Shown here one piece after another: positions 41,764-53,645 of a DNA stretch of 64,000 nt (positions are counted from its first letter, which is position 1; every line of letters begins with the position of its first letter). The stretch is from the human T2T-CHM13v2.0 reference genome, Homo sapiens. Where the stretch lies: assembly GCF_009914755.1 (NCBI RefSeq), contig NC_060934.1; one strand, written 5' to 3'. A model generated the notes under the pieces. The model did not search any database and had not been told where the DNA came from. It saw only the letters and a program-made list of their open reading frames with translations. A program made the translations under genes and the position numbers.

Positions 41764-42137
41764 TGTATTAGTCTGTTCTCACACTGCTGTAAGGACATAC
41801 CTGAGACTGGGTGATTTACAAAGGAAAGAGGTTTAATTGACTTACAGTTCCACAGGGTTAGGGAGGCCTCAGGAAACTTACAATCATGGCAAAAGGGGAA
41901 GCAAACATGCCCTTCTTCACAAGGCAGCAGGAGAGAGAGAAGAATGAGAGTGTGGGCAGGGAAAGCCTCTTCTCAAACCATCAGATCTCGTGAGAACTCA
42001 CTATCACCATACTAGCATGAGGGTACCCGCCCCCATGATTAAATTACCTCCCACTAGGTCCCTCCTACGACATGTGGAGATTATGGGAACTACAATTCAA
42101 GATGAGATTTGGGTGGGGACACAGCCAAACCATATGA
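41764..42137 (-). mobile_element. THE1C/D-like MaLR solo LTR
   Basis: tgtattagtctgttctcacactgct ... gatttgggtggggacacagccaaaccatatga; perfect TSD ggggt. Confidence 0.93.
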
Positions 42138-42229
42138 GGGGTCATTAGGATTTTTACGGATTCCTCATCCAAAGCAAAAAATTCTTGAAATTTCCATACT
42201 GGGCAATACACAGTGTGGATGACTTTAGC

Positions 42230-42440
42230 AGCCACACAGAAAAGACTCCTGGGTCAGACAGAGCAGCTTTTGAAGGCCAACTCCTTCACTTTCTAGTTAA
42301 GATCCTACGTATTTCTACTTATAACCTATCCAAGCTCCAGCTTTCTTCTTTGGAAAAGGTAAGTAATTCCACATATGTTTTTGTAATTATTCAATGGACA
42401 GATGCACAAATGTACACCTGGCATTAAGCCTTGCAATTGG
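42230..42440 (+). mobile_element. MIR SINE
   Basis: gggtcagacagagc...cactttctagtt...taacctatccaagctccagctttcttctttggaaaagg. Confidence 0.5.
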
Positions 42441-43898
42441 TAACTCTTGGCTTCTCTTTCATTCTTACTGGACAGGACCACAGGACCAGGCATTTGGACA
42501 TCTCCTGCAGTAAGATGAATGTGTATTTTGAGACTCTAATTAGGTTGTCTAGTTAGCATCCCAAAGCTTCATATTCTTTCTAACAGCACGTTTTTTAGGT
42601 CCTTGTATACAGAAGCTTCCTCAAGGTTTGTTTTCCTAAGAACACATCTCTACTGGAAGTGGGGAAGAGGGTGTAGGAAGGGGCTGTGCATGGGCTGTCT
42701 TCCCAGGGTGACCTCTCACCATCACGGGACAATGGAAGCAGCAACGGCTTCCAATGACTGTGGCATTGGCTCCTCTTCCTGTAGGGATGCTTTCAGCCTC
42801 TCTTCTTCCCTGAAATACCCTCCACTTGTCCTCTTCAGCAAGGTCATGGGCATAGGGCTTCTCCTTCCTTAAGTCCATGTGGAGGTGGTCCTGTTCCGGG
42901 CTCCCCTTCCCTCTCCTCCTCTCCATTTCTCCTCTGCCTGGAGCCTATGCTCCCAACAACAGCCTGGGAGCTGGCGCTACCTCAACTGCACCCTGCAGGC
43001 TAGGGGTGGGCATAGCTGGGCCACACTCATTCAGTGGTGGGGACATGAAGCTAGGAAGTCATTGGTTCCCTTTCATCATAAAATTCACTCCTCTTGTACA
43101 GGCCCAGTCTAAATGATTTAGGCAGAACACAGGGAGCAATTAAAGGCAAGGAGGCATCAGCTAGGCCTACCTTGATTCTGGGCCCTGCATATCCTGCACA
43201 CTTAGCTTTGCACAAGCAGCTCAAACTTTATTCTGCTGCACTCTACCCTAGGATCCATTAAATGTGTGTCCTTAGGAAAATCATATGCCAGGAAGCTTCC
43301 TATTTGAAAATACTTCAAAACTGTGCTCTTAGAAACAATAAGAAGCTTTGGGACAGATTCTTAAGTGATAACTAGATAATCTAATTAGAATACAAAACCA
43401 TTCAATAATGAGCAAGTTATTATGACCTCCTTATAGGGTTGTCATGAGGATGCAATGTAATCATATACAAAGCTGAGCAGATGCTGGCACTTCAGGGCAG
43501 CTCAAGATGGTCATTTTTGATGCTTTTGCTCTTGTGAAGTGGCTCCACTCACAGTCCTGCAATGCTGAGGCACCCCTCTGGGGTCCTCAGCAATCTCTGT
43601 AACTAACAGGCTTCACTTTCTGCTCTTTGGACTCAGGCTACATCAGTAGCCAGTGGCCTTTCTCAACTGCATCCAAACTAGACCCCTTTACTGTGAAACT
43701 CAGGGGTCGCACACTCAAACACCTGACCTTTCTCCCCAGGAAGGAGTGACATGTTTTCCCACTGTGGTCACTCAAGTCTCTCCCCCAAGGATCCTCATCT
43801 CTCTTTATTCAGCCTCTTCTCTTTCCAGAATATATGGCCGTTTCCTGTTATCTCAATGTGTTCTGTAGAGGTGACAAGTCAGGGGACACAGCTCTCTA

Positions 43899-44180
<282 letters not shown>

Positions 44181-45023
44181 TCATTATGATACTCTAAATC
44201 AGCAGTTCTAAGCAGAAGTAAAGAATGTGTCACTTGTTTTCTTCCATCTCTTACGCTCTGATACCAATTGCTGTCCTTGGACTAAAGTTCTATGAGGATG
44301 TTTTCACAGATCAAGAGAGAAATGGGCAAAATAAGAGCAACATTATGACTTTTTTAAAAATAAATTTACAGTTATTGAATTAAACAAACAAACAAAAAAA
44401 CTGTCTTCAGAAATTATCGCCCTTCCTCCTTCATAGGTATTAAAACATCATTAATTTTTTGAAATAATGGTGTCACAAAATTGTAGTTTTATGCTTTTAA
44501 TGTTCTTACTTGAAAAAATATTAAATTAATAACACTATATTGTTTTCTCCATAATGTGTTTTTGAAAGTTTTCTTGTCTATTATACACAAAATTTGAATG
44601 TAACATCTGCCCGTAAAGTTATATAAATTAGATAAAAATTAAAATAAAAATTAACAAGTAAATCTTTGCAGATATTCTAATACTAACTTATCTGGATCCC
44701 TTCTTTTTCCTGGAATATTTTTATCTAAAAAAAAGCCTCAGCTATTTTAACCTATCTGTACAGACATGTGCTCAGTGTATGTAATACAACAAAGAGAGAT
44801 GGTATCAATAGAAGACTATAAAGTGCTGTGGGTTCATAAAGAAATGGCCAGTAGAAAGCAAGACAATTTCCCATTTTGAAATTGGCAAAATGAAGAAGAT
44901 GATTATAAGATAGCCTGAGAGAAAACCTTAAAGGCTGGGCTTAGCAAAATGTCACTCCCAAGCTGATGAAAAAACAGAACACCCAATTCTGTTGCCTACT
45001 TTGCTGCCTAGGACCTCTGATGA

Positions 45024-45103
45024 GTCTCAAATAGTTACTGCTGTTTTGAAACAGCCATACCTTGTCTCAAAGAGTTACTGCTGTTTTGAAACAGCCATAC
45101 CTT
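45024..45103. repeat. 40-bp direct tandem duplication
   Basis: gtctcaaa(t/g)agttactgctgttttgaaacagccatacctt x2, one mismatch. Confidence 0.96.
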
Positions 45104-45109
45104 TCACAT

Positions 45110-45740
45110 CTTAGTGAATGCCATGCACGTTTCTTAAGTCCGACATTAAACATCAAGGTTGGTAGGATTCATCTCCAAGATATTTCTACAGTCAATGCCT
45201 TCCTCCTCTTCCTCACTGCCAGTATTGTTGCCCACTCATAGTGATTTTTTTACTGGTTCTAGCAACTTTCCTACCCTTCCCTCTGCTTCAGAATCCCCTC
45301 TTTAGGAGCAGTAAAATGAGACTGAGCTAGACAAAATCCTCCCATCAAAGACTTCCCGCTACACTTAGAGTGGAGTCCTGCCTACCCTCCCCACTTGGTG
45401 TGAACTACTCTGCCCTGCAGCTCCTTAACTGCCGGAGCAGATGCTCAAAGGGTGGGAACACCAGCCACAGCTCATGATATGAATGGCTGGTATTCTCACC
45501 CTTTGAGCATCTGCTCCTGACCGTCTTGTAGAGTGCACACTGGCTTATTCCCTGCTCTACTACCATTACATCATCTTATTTATTTTCTTTCTAACACTTT
45601 GCACACTACCAAGGTTTGATTATTTTTATTGCCTGTTTCCTACAAAAACATATGCTCCCTGAAGTCTGGGAACAACTTTTCCATTTAGACTTACCTTCGT
45701 TTCCTTAGCTGGCTAATGGTAGGCTCTCAAGTATTAAATA
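45110..45740 (+). mobile_element. L2 3' portion
   Basis: aaagacttcccgctacacttagagtggagtcc, atgctccctgaagtctgggaac, tggtaggctctcaagtatt. Confidence 0.6.
45434..45517. repeat. 34-bp inverted repeat with 16-nt spacer (hairpin)
   Basis: 45434-45467 is the reverse complement of 45484-45517 at 32/34 positions. Confidence 0.96.
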
Positions 45741-46539
45741 ACCTTGCAATGCTCTACAGTACATTCCACTTCGAAACCTTATGAATACTGCACACTGTAA
45801 ATCTGGAGCGAGGTGAGACCTGCACATGTGAGGAGTGCATGTGCTCTTCCATGGAAACGTGGAATCCTTCATGGCTTCACACCAATTTAGAATATCACAA
45901 TGGCTTCATAAGAGAGAAATGAAAAAGGAAGAGATGGTTGGTCTTATAAGAAATGCTTGAATGAGTGCGCTTTTATGAGGAACAAGTATCTAAGGAGGAG
46001 TTTGCCATTGCCAAGACCGCGTGGACCCCAGCAAAGAAAATTAAAATCACTATGAAGACAATGCTGGGAAGAACTTAGACATGGGACCTTTACGTGTCCA
46101 AGTAAAGGGCAGCTTCCAGCCTTGTGCAACATTCTTCAGTTCTCCATTTAAATTAGATTGATGGGGCAGCAGTCTAGGGTTTCTGTTTCCTGTGGTCTAT
46201 GTTGGGAGAAGGAGCTGTTTGATGTGAACTCTCTGCATGAACCGCCTCTCAGGGAGTAGTCCAGGTACCTATAGGAGGCTCCACTCTGTGTAGGCAGCCC
46301 CCAGCCAGTGAAGGAGATTGCAGGGGGCTGGGGATGGAGTTATGAATCAGACACGGCAAGAGAAACCATCCAGAACCGGAGCAAATGGAAAGAATTATAA
46401 GGTGGCCTACCAGATGCACGGGGCAAGCCCATGCCACAGATTTGAAAATCTGAAGAAACAGATGATTCTAGGCCTTCCTGGGAAAATACGATTACTAAAC
46501 TATTACTGAGATACCTAAAGAGACCCTGAGGTAATTTGA

Positions 46540-47230
46540 AAAGTTGTCCTTCTAAACGTCATCACCATAGACAATGTAATGAACAACTTTTTTCAAACTT
46601 TTAAGAAAAGGAAATGTCTTCCTTTTGAGAAATTCATCCAGAACACAGGGAAAAATTAATGTTGTAAAATTATTCTTCTTGTGAAACCAAATTAAATTGA
46701 TACCAAAGCCAAGGACAGAAAGCACTCTAAAATGAAAGAGAAAAACCTATAGACAAAAAAGAAAAAAACTAACCTGAGAGCATTGAAACACATTATACTT
46801 CAAAAGTATATCAAAGGAATAATGTATCAGCCAGGTACAGTTCATCCCCAAGAACTATTGATTCAATATTTTAAAATATATAATTTAGTCCCATATTAAT
46901 ATGTAGAAGAAAAGACCCCAGAGGACCACTTCACAACTGCCAAAAGCCTTTGATAATATTAAGCATGTATCCCTACGGAAGGAAAAACAAATCATTGAAA
47001 CTTGATAAAAGCATATCTCAAAGTAACATTCAATATTAGGCTCAATCATATACGGCTGCAAACACCTCAGTGAAATCAAGAACAAGCCAGGAGGCATGCA
47101 ATCATCTTTAGGGTTTAATATGCTTTTGTGGAAATCCTAACTAGAAAAATTAGAAAAAGGAAATAAAATGAAATATAAAATACTGAATTGGGAAAATATA
47201 CACAACCCTACAGGCAACTTTCATTTTTTG
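46540..47230 (+). mobile_element. Old L1 (L1ME-like) ORF2 fragment
   Basis: ttgataccaaagcc, caggtacagttcatcccca, aaaagcctttgataatatt, aaatcaagaacaagccaggaggcatgc. Confidence 0.6.
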
Positions 47231-47234
47231 ATGA

Positions 47235-48079
47235 TGTGAGGGCCAAGAGCCTTGGCCTTGGTTCACTGAAAAACTGAGACAGCTGAGTATAAAGGGGTCC
47301 CCAGAGAACCTCCGACCAGCCTGCGCATGGGGAGAACGGGATGGAGCCTCAGAAAGTTTGTGCCATTGTTTTGCAGTGGGGAGGAGCCTGGCCTCTCCTG
47401 TTCTGGGGTGGAGTCTCGCTTTGCTGAGAGTCCTTGTTTCCCTTTTGTTCCCTTTTCACCCAGTAAGCCCTGCCCTTCTCACCCTTCAGAGTGTCTGTGA
47501 GCCTGATCTCTTATGGTTGTATAAGAACCCGGCTTTTAGCTGAACTAAGAAGAAAGTCCTACAGCAAAATCACTGACATGAAGCAGATTGATTAATAAGT
47601 GATGACAAGGCACAGAAATGTACTTAATGACATCTACACGAGAGCCTTCACAAGGGAGACCCAAAAATATATGGGAAATTGTTCATATGTATCCTTAGAT
47701 TCAACAAAGTATGGACGGCTATGCAGAAATATGACGACACGAAAAAGGCCCGAGCTGATGCTAATAGACTGAGTGGGGAAACCCTGCAAGGCCTGTCTGT
47801 CTAGATTCTTCTTGGCCTCTCTGAGCAGCGCTCCTTCCTTCCGGGTGTGGGGCAGCGCCCTTTGAGGAATGAGGGTCTGATGACCTGTAGTCAAAAAAAG
47901 AAGGTCAGATAATTTCTTTATGGCTAGTTTTTACATAGAATACTGTTTAGTTTTTTTGGCTGGATTTCTGGAAATGGGACTGAGAAACAGGAGGGCAGGA
48001 GAAGGTCAGAGAAAAACTTTTGCTTCTGAAGAAACTGCTGAGGCCTTCACGTTGGGGTATTGTTTTCTGAGTGCCAACA
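47235..48079 (-). mobile_element. MER39-like ERV1 solo LTR, host of nested MER61
   Basis: ctaatagactgagtggggaaaccc...ggcctgtctgtctagattcttcttggcctctctgagcagc...ggggtattgttttctgagtgccaaca; TSD atga/atga. Confidence 0.88.
47275..47566 (+). mobile_element. MER61-like ERV1 solo LTR nested in MER39
   Basis: tgagacagctgagtataaaggggtccccagagaa...ttttagctgaactaagaagaaagtcctacagca; TSD aaac/aaat. Confidence 0.85.
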
Positions 48080-48089
48080 ATGATCTATG

Positions 48090-48690
48090 TATTGGTTTAT
48101 TACGTAAACAGGTCCATGAGCCAGGCACTGTTGCAAGGATCGAAAAGTCAAATGTTAGAGGAAAATAGATGCTGCCTGGACCTCAGAGACCTTGCACTTC
48201 AATGAGGGAGAGAACTGTCCTCAATATGAAGAAAAATAAATGCAAATTGCGAAGGTGGTGAGTGCTGCAAGGAAGGTGTCCCGAAGCCAACAGAACGACG
48301 GGATTGTTAGACGTGATCATGAAGGCAGTGGCCAAGGAAAACAGGAGCCGAAGCAGCAGTGCTGAGTTTAACAACCCCATCTCCATTCTCTGCATTCTTC
48401 CAGTCTTAGGGGAAACTAAGGAAATGGGAAGAAAATAGGTGGGGGGAAATGAGTCACTAGGGGAAGAAACACCACCATGGTAGCCTCTAAAACAAAGGAG
48501 GGCGTGCTGAGTAGACAGTGGAGCCAAGCAGGTGACTTAGGCATTCATATTCATGGATTGACAATGATATTGAACAGGTCCTTCTCCGAGTCACTGAGAC
48601 ACTGCTTTAGAAAGGTGAGAGCTGGGCTTCAAAGCGAGACACAGCTAGAGAAAAACATGGAAGCGTAGCATAATAAATGCATGCCTTAAA
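48090..48690 (-). mobile_element. L2 fragment, antisense
   Basis: atgagccaggcactgttgcaagg...ctcagagaccttgcacttc. Confidence 0.5.
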
Positions 48691-48895
48691 GGCAGTAAGG
48701 ATTATAATGCACATTGGAGACTGAGAAGGAGGGAGGGTAGAGGTGAGGGAGGGATGAGAAACTACCCGCTGGGTACAATGTACACTATTTGGGTGACAAA
48801 TACACCAAAAGCCCAGACTTCACCACTACACAATTCATCCACGTTACCAAAAGCTCCCTGTATCCCTAAAGCTATTGCAACGAATTTTTTGTTTT
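48691..48895 (+). mobile_element. Short L1PB-type 3' end
   Basis: gggtacaatgtacactatttgggtgac...aaaagcccagacttcaccactacacaattcatcc; TSD aatgcatgccttaaa / aatgcatgaattaaa. Confidence 0.8.
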
Positions 48896-49467
48896 AATGC
48901 ATGAATTAAACACACAATTTCCAAACCTCAGGTGCTTCATCTTGCAAGCAATCAATGTTTAGAAAACAAAGCAAAGCAAAACAAGCCAACAAGCAAACAA
49001 AAACCTATTAGCACAACTTGTACAAAACAGATGCTGGGAACACCCTCTTGTTTCTCTTACAGAAACTGTGGCAGAGAAAAAGGGAAGGATGTTATCAAAT
49101 AATTTTGAGTCTAATAAAAGCTTACTAACCTTAAGTTATTAACATAACCAAAATGTGTAGATAATGATTTCTAGCATCAGAAAGACAGAGATAAATTGCA
49201 GTGGCATTTCAAAGGAGGCAGGGATGCTTCTCTCTGGAAAGGGTCATAAAAACTTCTTCCGTCACCGACCCCATGATCAGCCCTGAACGTGGGTAAGACA
49301 GGAGGCCCACGCTGATCCTCTTATCCTTAGCCAGGGTACCTGGCATTGGATTGTTCAAAGTTTTGTGAATTTGATTAATTGATCAACTGGGATTATCAAA
49401 AACAATTTTTAATAATTTTTCGTGTGCTATTGTTTTCTGTGTTACAATAACTATAGCTAATTTAAGA

Positions 49468-49546
49468 TATATATATACACATATATGTACACCATAAATA
49501 TGCATGTGTGTATATGCACATATGTATCATATATATAATATATATG
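49468..49546. repeat. Imperfect (TA/CA/TG)n low-complexity tract
   Basis: Direct reading. Confidence 0.8.
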
Positions 49547-49860
49547 ACAGTCTTGCCGTTTCTCAGAGTTTTCATTCTGAGAATTAGCTTTTCAAAAATT
49601 TATTTGTCATCATAATGGAAGACAGAGACGTCAGGAATTATGGGGCATTTAACAACTTTTTATTGACTCCAAAATATACAGCAGTATTTTCTTTCCTTTT
49701 TCTTTCATTTTTGAAGATACCATTTACATAAACCATTTCCTAGATATGTACCACCATTTTCAAGAAGAGTTATCTCTTCAGAAATTTCAGTAGAGCAAGC
49801 CAGCTAGTATTCTAACTACTCTCCCCGATTCGTAGTCAGATCTACCATGTGCAGGAACTC

Positions 49861-49891
<31 letters not shown>

Positions 49892-51764
49892 GAGACTCTA
49901 CAATGGTAGAAAATAGTAAGAAGTTTTTTCTCTGTATTTGTCTCAGCAACAGGCACCATCAGCTGTGCAGGGGGAATTTCTTCACTTTATTCTGTGATCA
50001 GCCTGGTGCCACGGAGTCTGACACATCTCCTCTTTTGCTTTTACGTTTACATAGATACACAGTGACTTCAGATTTATGCTCAAGCAGCCAGAAACTGATA
50101 GTTTTCTTTTCTTTCTTGGCCACAAGTATATAGACATTTTCACTTTTTGCAGAATGCCTGGATAAGCATTTTGACGGCCATAATATCAGATTGTTTTAAT
50201 GCTGTTTTCTAAATAAAAAAAAAAAGAAAAAGAAAATGAAAAAGAAAAGAAAGATTTACCCCCACAGTTCAAGGTCTTTATTAGACTGTAACCAAATTCT
50301 CAGCATCTCCAGTGAGCTAAGTGTATAATTGTTATTCATTGCTCTTTTAGAATTTTTTAAACCTATGATTTTAAAAAAAACAAAAACTAGAACCTCTTCT
50401 CTGGGGATTTCAAATATATGCTGATTATACTTCATGTCAAGGTAACTGTCACAGGAAAAAATTTTGCATATCATTTGTTACCCTGTTTAACCTTCAATAA
50501 GAAAATGTAATAGGTGGAAAAAAGGGGAAAGTCCCTTTAACACATGAGAGTCTACTTAGCTTTCGTTATTTAAAACAATCATGTTATACCTTTTGGCTAC
50601 CGCATGTAGAGGCTCAGTGAGAAAATTTCTAATGTTGTTAAATAAATTGTATTATAAATAAATCTGGATAAAAGAATGCAGATTGAAAGTAAATAAAATT
50701 TAAGATTTCACTTGCTTCATAGTGACCCTGTAGGTATGAAGTAATGTCCCATATACCTAAACATTAAGAATGCATTTTGAAGTAATTGTGTCAACTTTAA
50801 AAGCAGCATATACTGAGAATGTAGGTCTTCACATAATACGTCTCTTCACTTAGAAAATACGAGGCCCGAGGGAAAGGTCCCACACGTAGAACTTTGCCCA
50901 CCACACTTTACAGCCTTGCTTCTGCTCCTCTTTCTCTATGTTTAAATTGAATTGAGGAGCCACAGCGTAAGTCGCACCTCATGGAAAGCAGTCTCCTACT
51001 CCTAGCCCATCACCGCCTGCCCCTAATGCCACTCCCAGGAGAAAGCAATTCTCCATTCAGCTTCCTCTGGCACTCTCTATTTCTGAATATTCATTTCACA
51101 CTGATATTACTGGTTTGCCAATTTTAGATATTAGCTGTGATTTCCTATTGTGAAGTATCAGAATTTAACTTTTACTTAACCCAATTCAGTCACACCCTTC
51201 ATCTTTTTCTAATATTGTTAAAAATAAATATGCATTGCTTACATCTTACCTCTATAGACATTGTTTACAAAAAAGAAATATTGGACCATTTCTTTTTTCA
51301 TTTTTGAGCAACTAATAATGTTTCTTGCCTACCATCTCACTCCTGATGACTTGCATCCTTTGAATGAGAACCCAAACTAGCATCAAATGTTATACCCAGA
51401 TATTCTTATCATACTCATTGGACACCCTGTGCTCTAAGCAAAGCCGACTCTTACCAATAGGCACAAAGTCCCATAAATGTCACTACTCAGGAAAATGATT
51501 CACAGCTTTGAAATAAGGGTGAAAATGATTGCATGAACTTTTGTATCATGCTGGAGAGCTGTTGACCATTCAACCCTCTGTGGACATGTAAATTTGTCTA
51601 ATAATTGATCAGGGCTGAGAAATTTTACAGACCTACAAAGTTAAAATTAATTTTGTGGGAAATTCATTAGAAAACTAAATAGATGCAATGATTTTTTTAT
51701 TTCCTTTTTCCTCTTACTAAATAATTCCATTTAGTATACAGGCATACAAAAAATTAATAAATAA

Positions 51765-52990
51765 ACCTCTCCTGACCCCACTTCAGCTTCTATGATTCCA
51801 TTTCCCTGCTCTTTTTTTCAAAGACATTCCCAAAATAAGTTCATGCCCTTGCTGTCTCCACATCCTCTTTCCATTCACTCTTGAACCTACTCAGATGAGC
51901 TTTGCCCCATTTCCTGAAAATTGCTCTTAACAAGGTTACTAAATCCAGTGATAATTTTTATCTTCCTAATACGTGAGTTAGTGACAACATTTGCCACAGT
52001 TGATCACTTGCCCCTCATTAAAAACACTTTACTTTGTTTTAAAACCCCACAGAACACTGGCTTTCCTTGGACCTCGCTAGTGACTCCTTCCGCTCTCTCA
52101 CTGGTTTCCTTTGTCTCCTCACCTACAAAAGGCTGGAGTAATGCGGGGATCAGCCCCTGGACCAGCCCACTATCCTACCCATGCCTACACCCTTCCTGAC
52201 CTGGATTGCATGCAAGGCTTAAATATCATCTCCTTGCCAATAACACCATATTTTGCATTCAGCCTGGACTTCTTTCTTGGATCCTAACTTGAATATTGGA
52301 CCATCCACCCTACATGACTACTTGGATGACTAATAGATATTTACCATAACTATGCTTCAAATGAAACTTCTGATTTTACACAACCTCCATGACCTCCACT
52401 CTGGTCCCTAAATGCCTCTTGCAGGAAATTGTTCACATTTGCCAATGGGAACTTCATCCTCTTCCCCAAGCCAAAAAACTTGACTTCTCCCTTCACTCTT
52501 TTCTTTATCCCATATGCAGGTTGCAAGTCGTGGCAGGTTTACCCTCAGATATGTCCCCAGTCTAGGCTCCTTTCACCACAGTTGCATCCAAGGCACAAAC
52601 AATTCTTCCCTTCAGGTCACACATAATCCTACTCACCCATCACATTCCTTCTGTCCTTGCCCTTACATTCCATTCTCAACAGGGCAGCCAGCATGATCCT
52701 GTTGACACACAAGTCTCTGCTCAAAGCCCTGCCAAGATTTCCCACCTCCACTGTAGTCAAGGGCAGGCCCTACACTGGCTTGGGCTGATTGCCCTCTGCC
52801 TATCTGTAGCCCTTCTGAATGTTGTTCTGCCTCAGCCTCTGGCGCCTTTGCCATTCCTCCAAACTGCCAGCTGCAACACTTCCCAAACTACCACCCAGCC
52901 GTTGTCTTGTTGGTACACTAAAACAATGCCTGATGGAGGAGCTCTGTAAAATGTGTTAAAGGCAAAAACTAAAGTATGAATGAATAAATG
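51765..52990 (+). mobile_element. L2 (RT-region remnant to 3' end)
   Basis: catttgccacagttgatcact, cagcctggacttct, ccattctcaacagggcagccagcatgatcct, terminal tgaatgaataaatg. Confidence 0.8.
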
Positions 52991-53529
52991 TCCCTAGTTT
53001 TCTAACCATCGATCTCTAATTTTTTCGAACTCTTCCGTATAAATGCAAAACATCTCTTAATAAGGTCAAACACATTATGCAATCTATCAAATTCATTTTT
53101 CCCTCTCAGGAAAGAATGAAGATAAATACAAATGTAAAAACTCGCAAATTATTCCAGAAGTCCCTTTTCTTTTTCACTATTCCAACTTTAACAGATGCCA
53201 TCATTTCATAGAAAAGATATAAAAACAGGTGATCTATGTCAAATATAAACAACGTTCCTAAAGGTTTCCTTTCAATCTCTATAATTCTGTCAGACAGAGT
53301 TCTCAGCCTTTGGGTACTTTCCCTTACACAAATCACATCTTACTCCTCAATCACCCTACGTGCCATATTAGGAATAAACTGATTCGAAGAACTAATGGAA
53401 AGCATATAATCTTCCATTTTACATCACATTACAGTTTCTGGGTTTTTTGTTTTTTGTCTCGTTTTGCATTGGTTTGCACATTACATTTAGAATCTATTTT
53501 ATATCCTTTACAGTGTCCTTAAAGCTCCC

Positions 53530-53645
53530 GAATCTTGACAATTTACTCACACTCTTTGGACCTCAATTTTATATCTGTAAAATGACAGGTTTGGACTATT
53601 GTAGTCTAAATTTGCTTCCAGGAGTAGAAATCTTTGATTCTGTAG
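53530..53645 (+). mobile_element. MIR/MIR3 fragment
   Basis: ctctttggacctcaattttatatctgtaaaatgacaggtttggacta. Confidence 0.6.

Noticed and set aside
42600-43140. GC-richer block with overlapping ORFs on both strands
   Set aside because: No recognisable protein or consistent splice pair; probably an old LTR that I cannot name
45024-45103. Palindromic 40-bp repeat as a CRISPR-like array
   Set aside because: Only two abutting copies, no spacers, no cas genes, primate DNA
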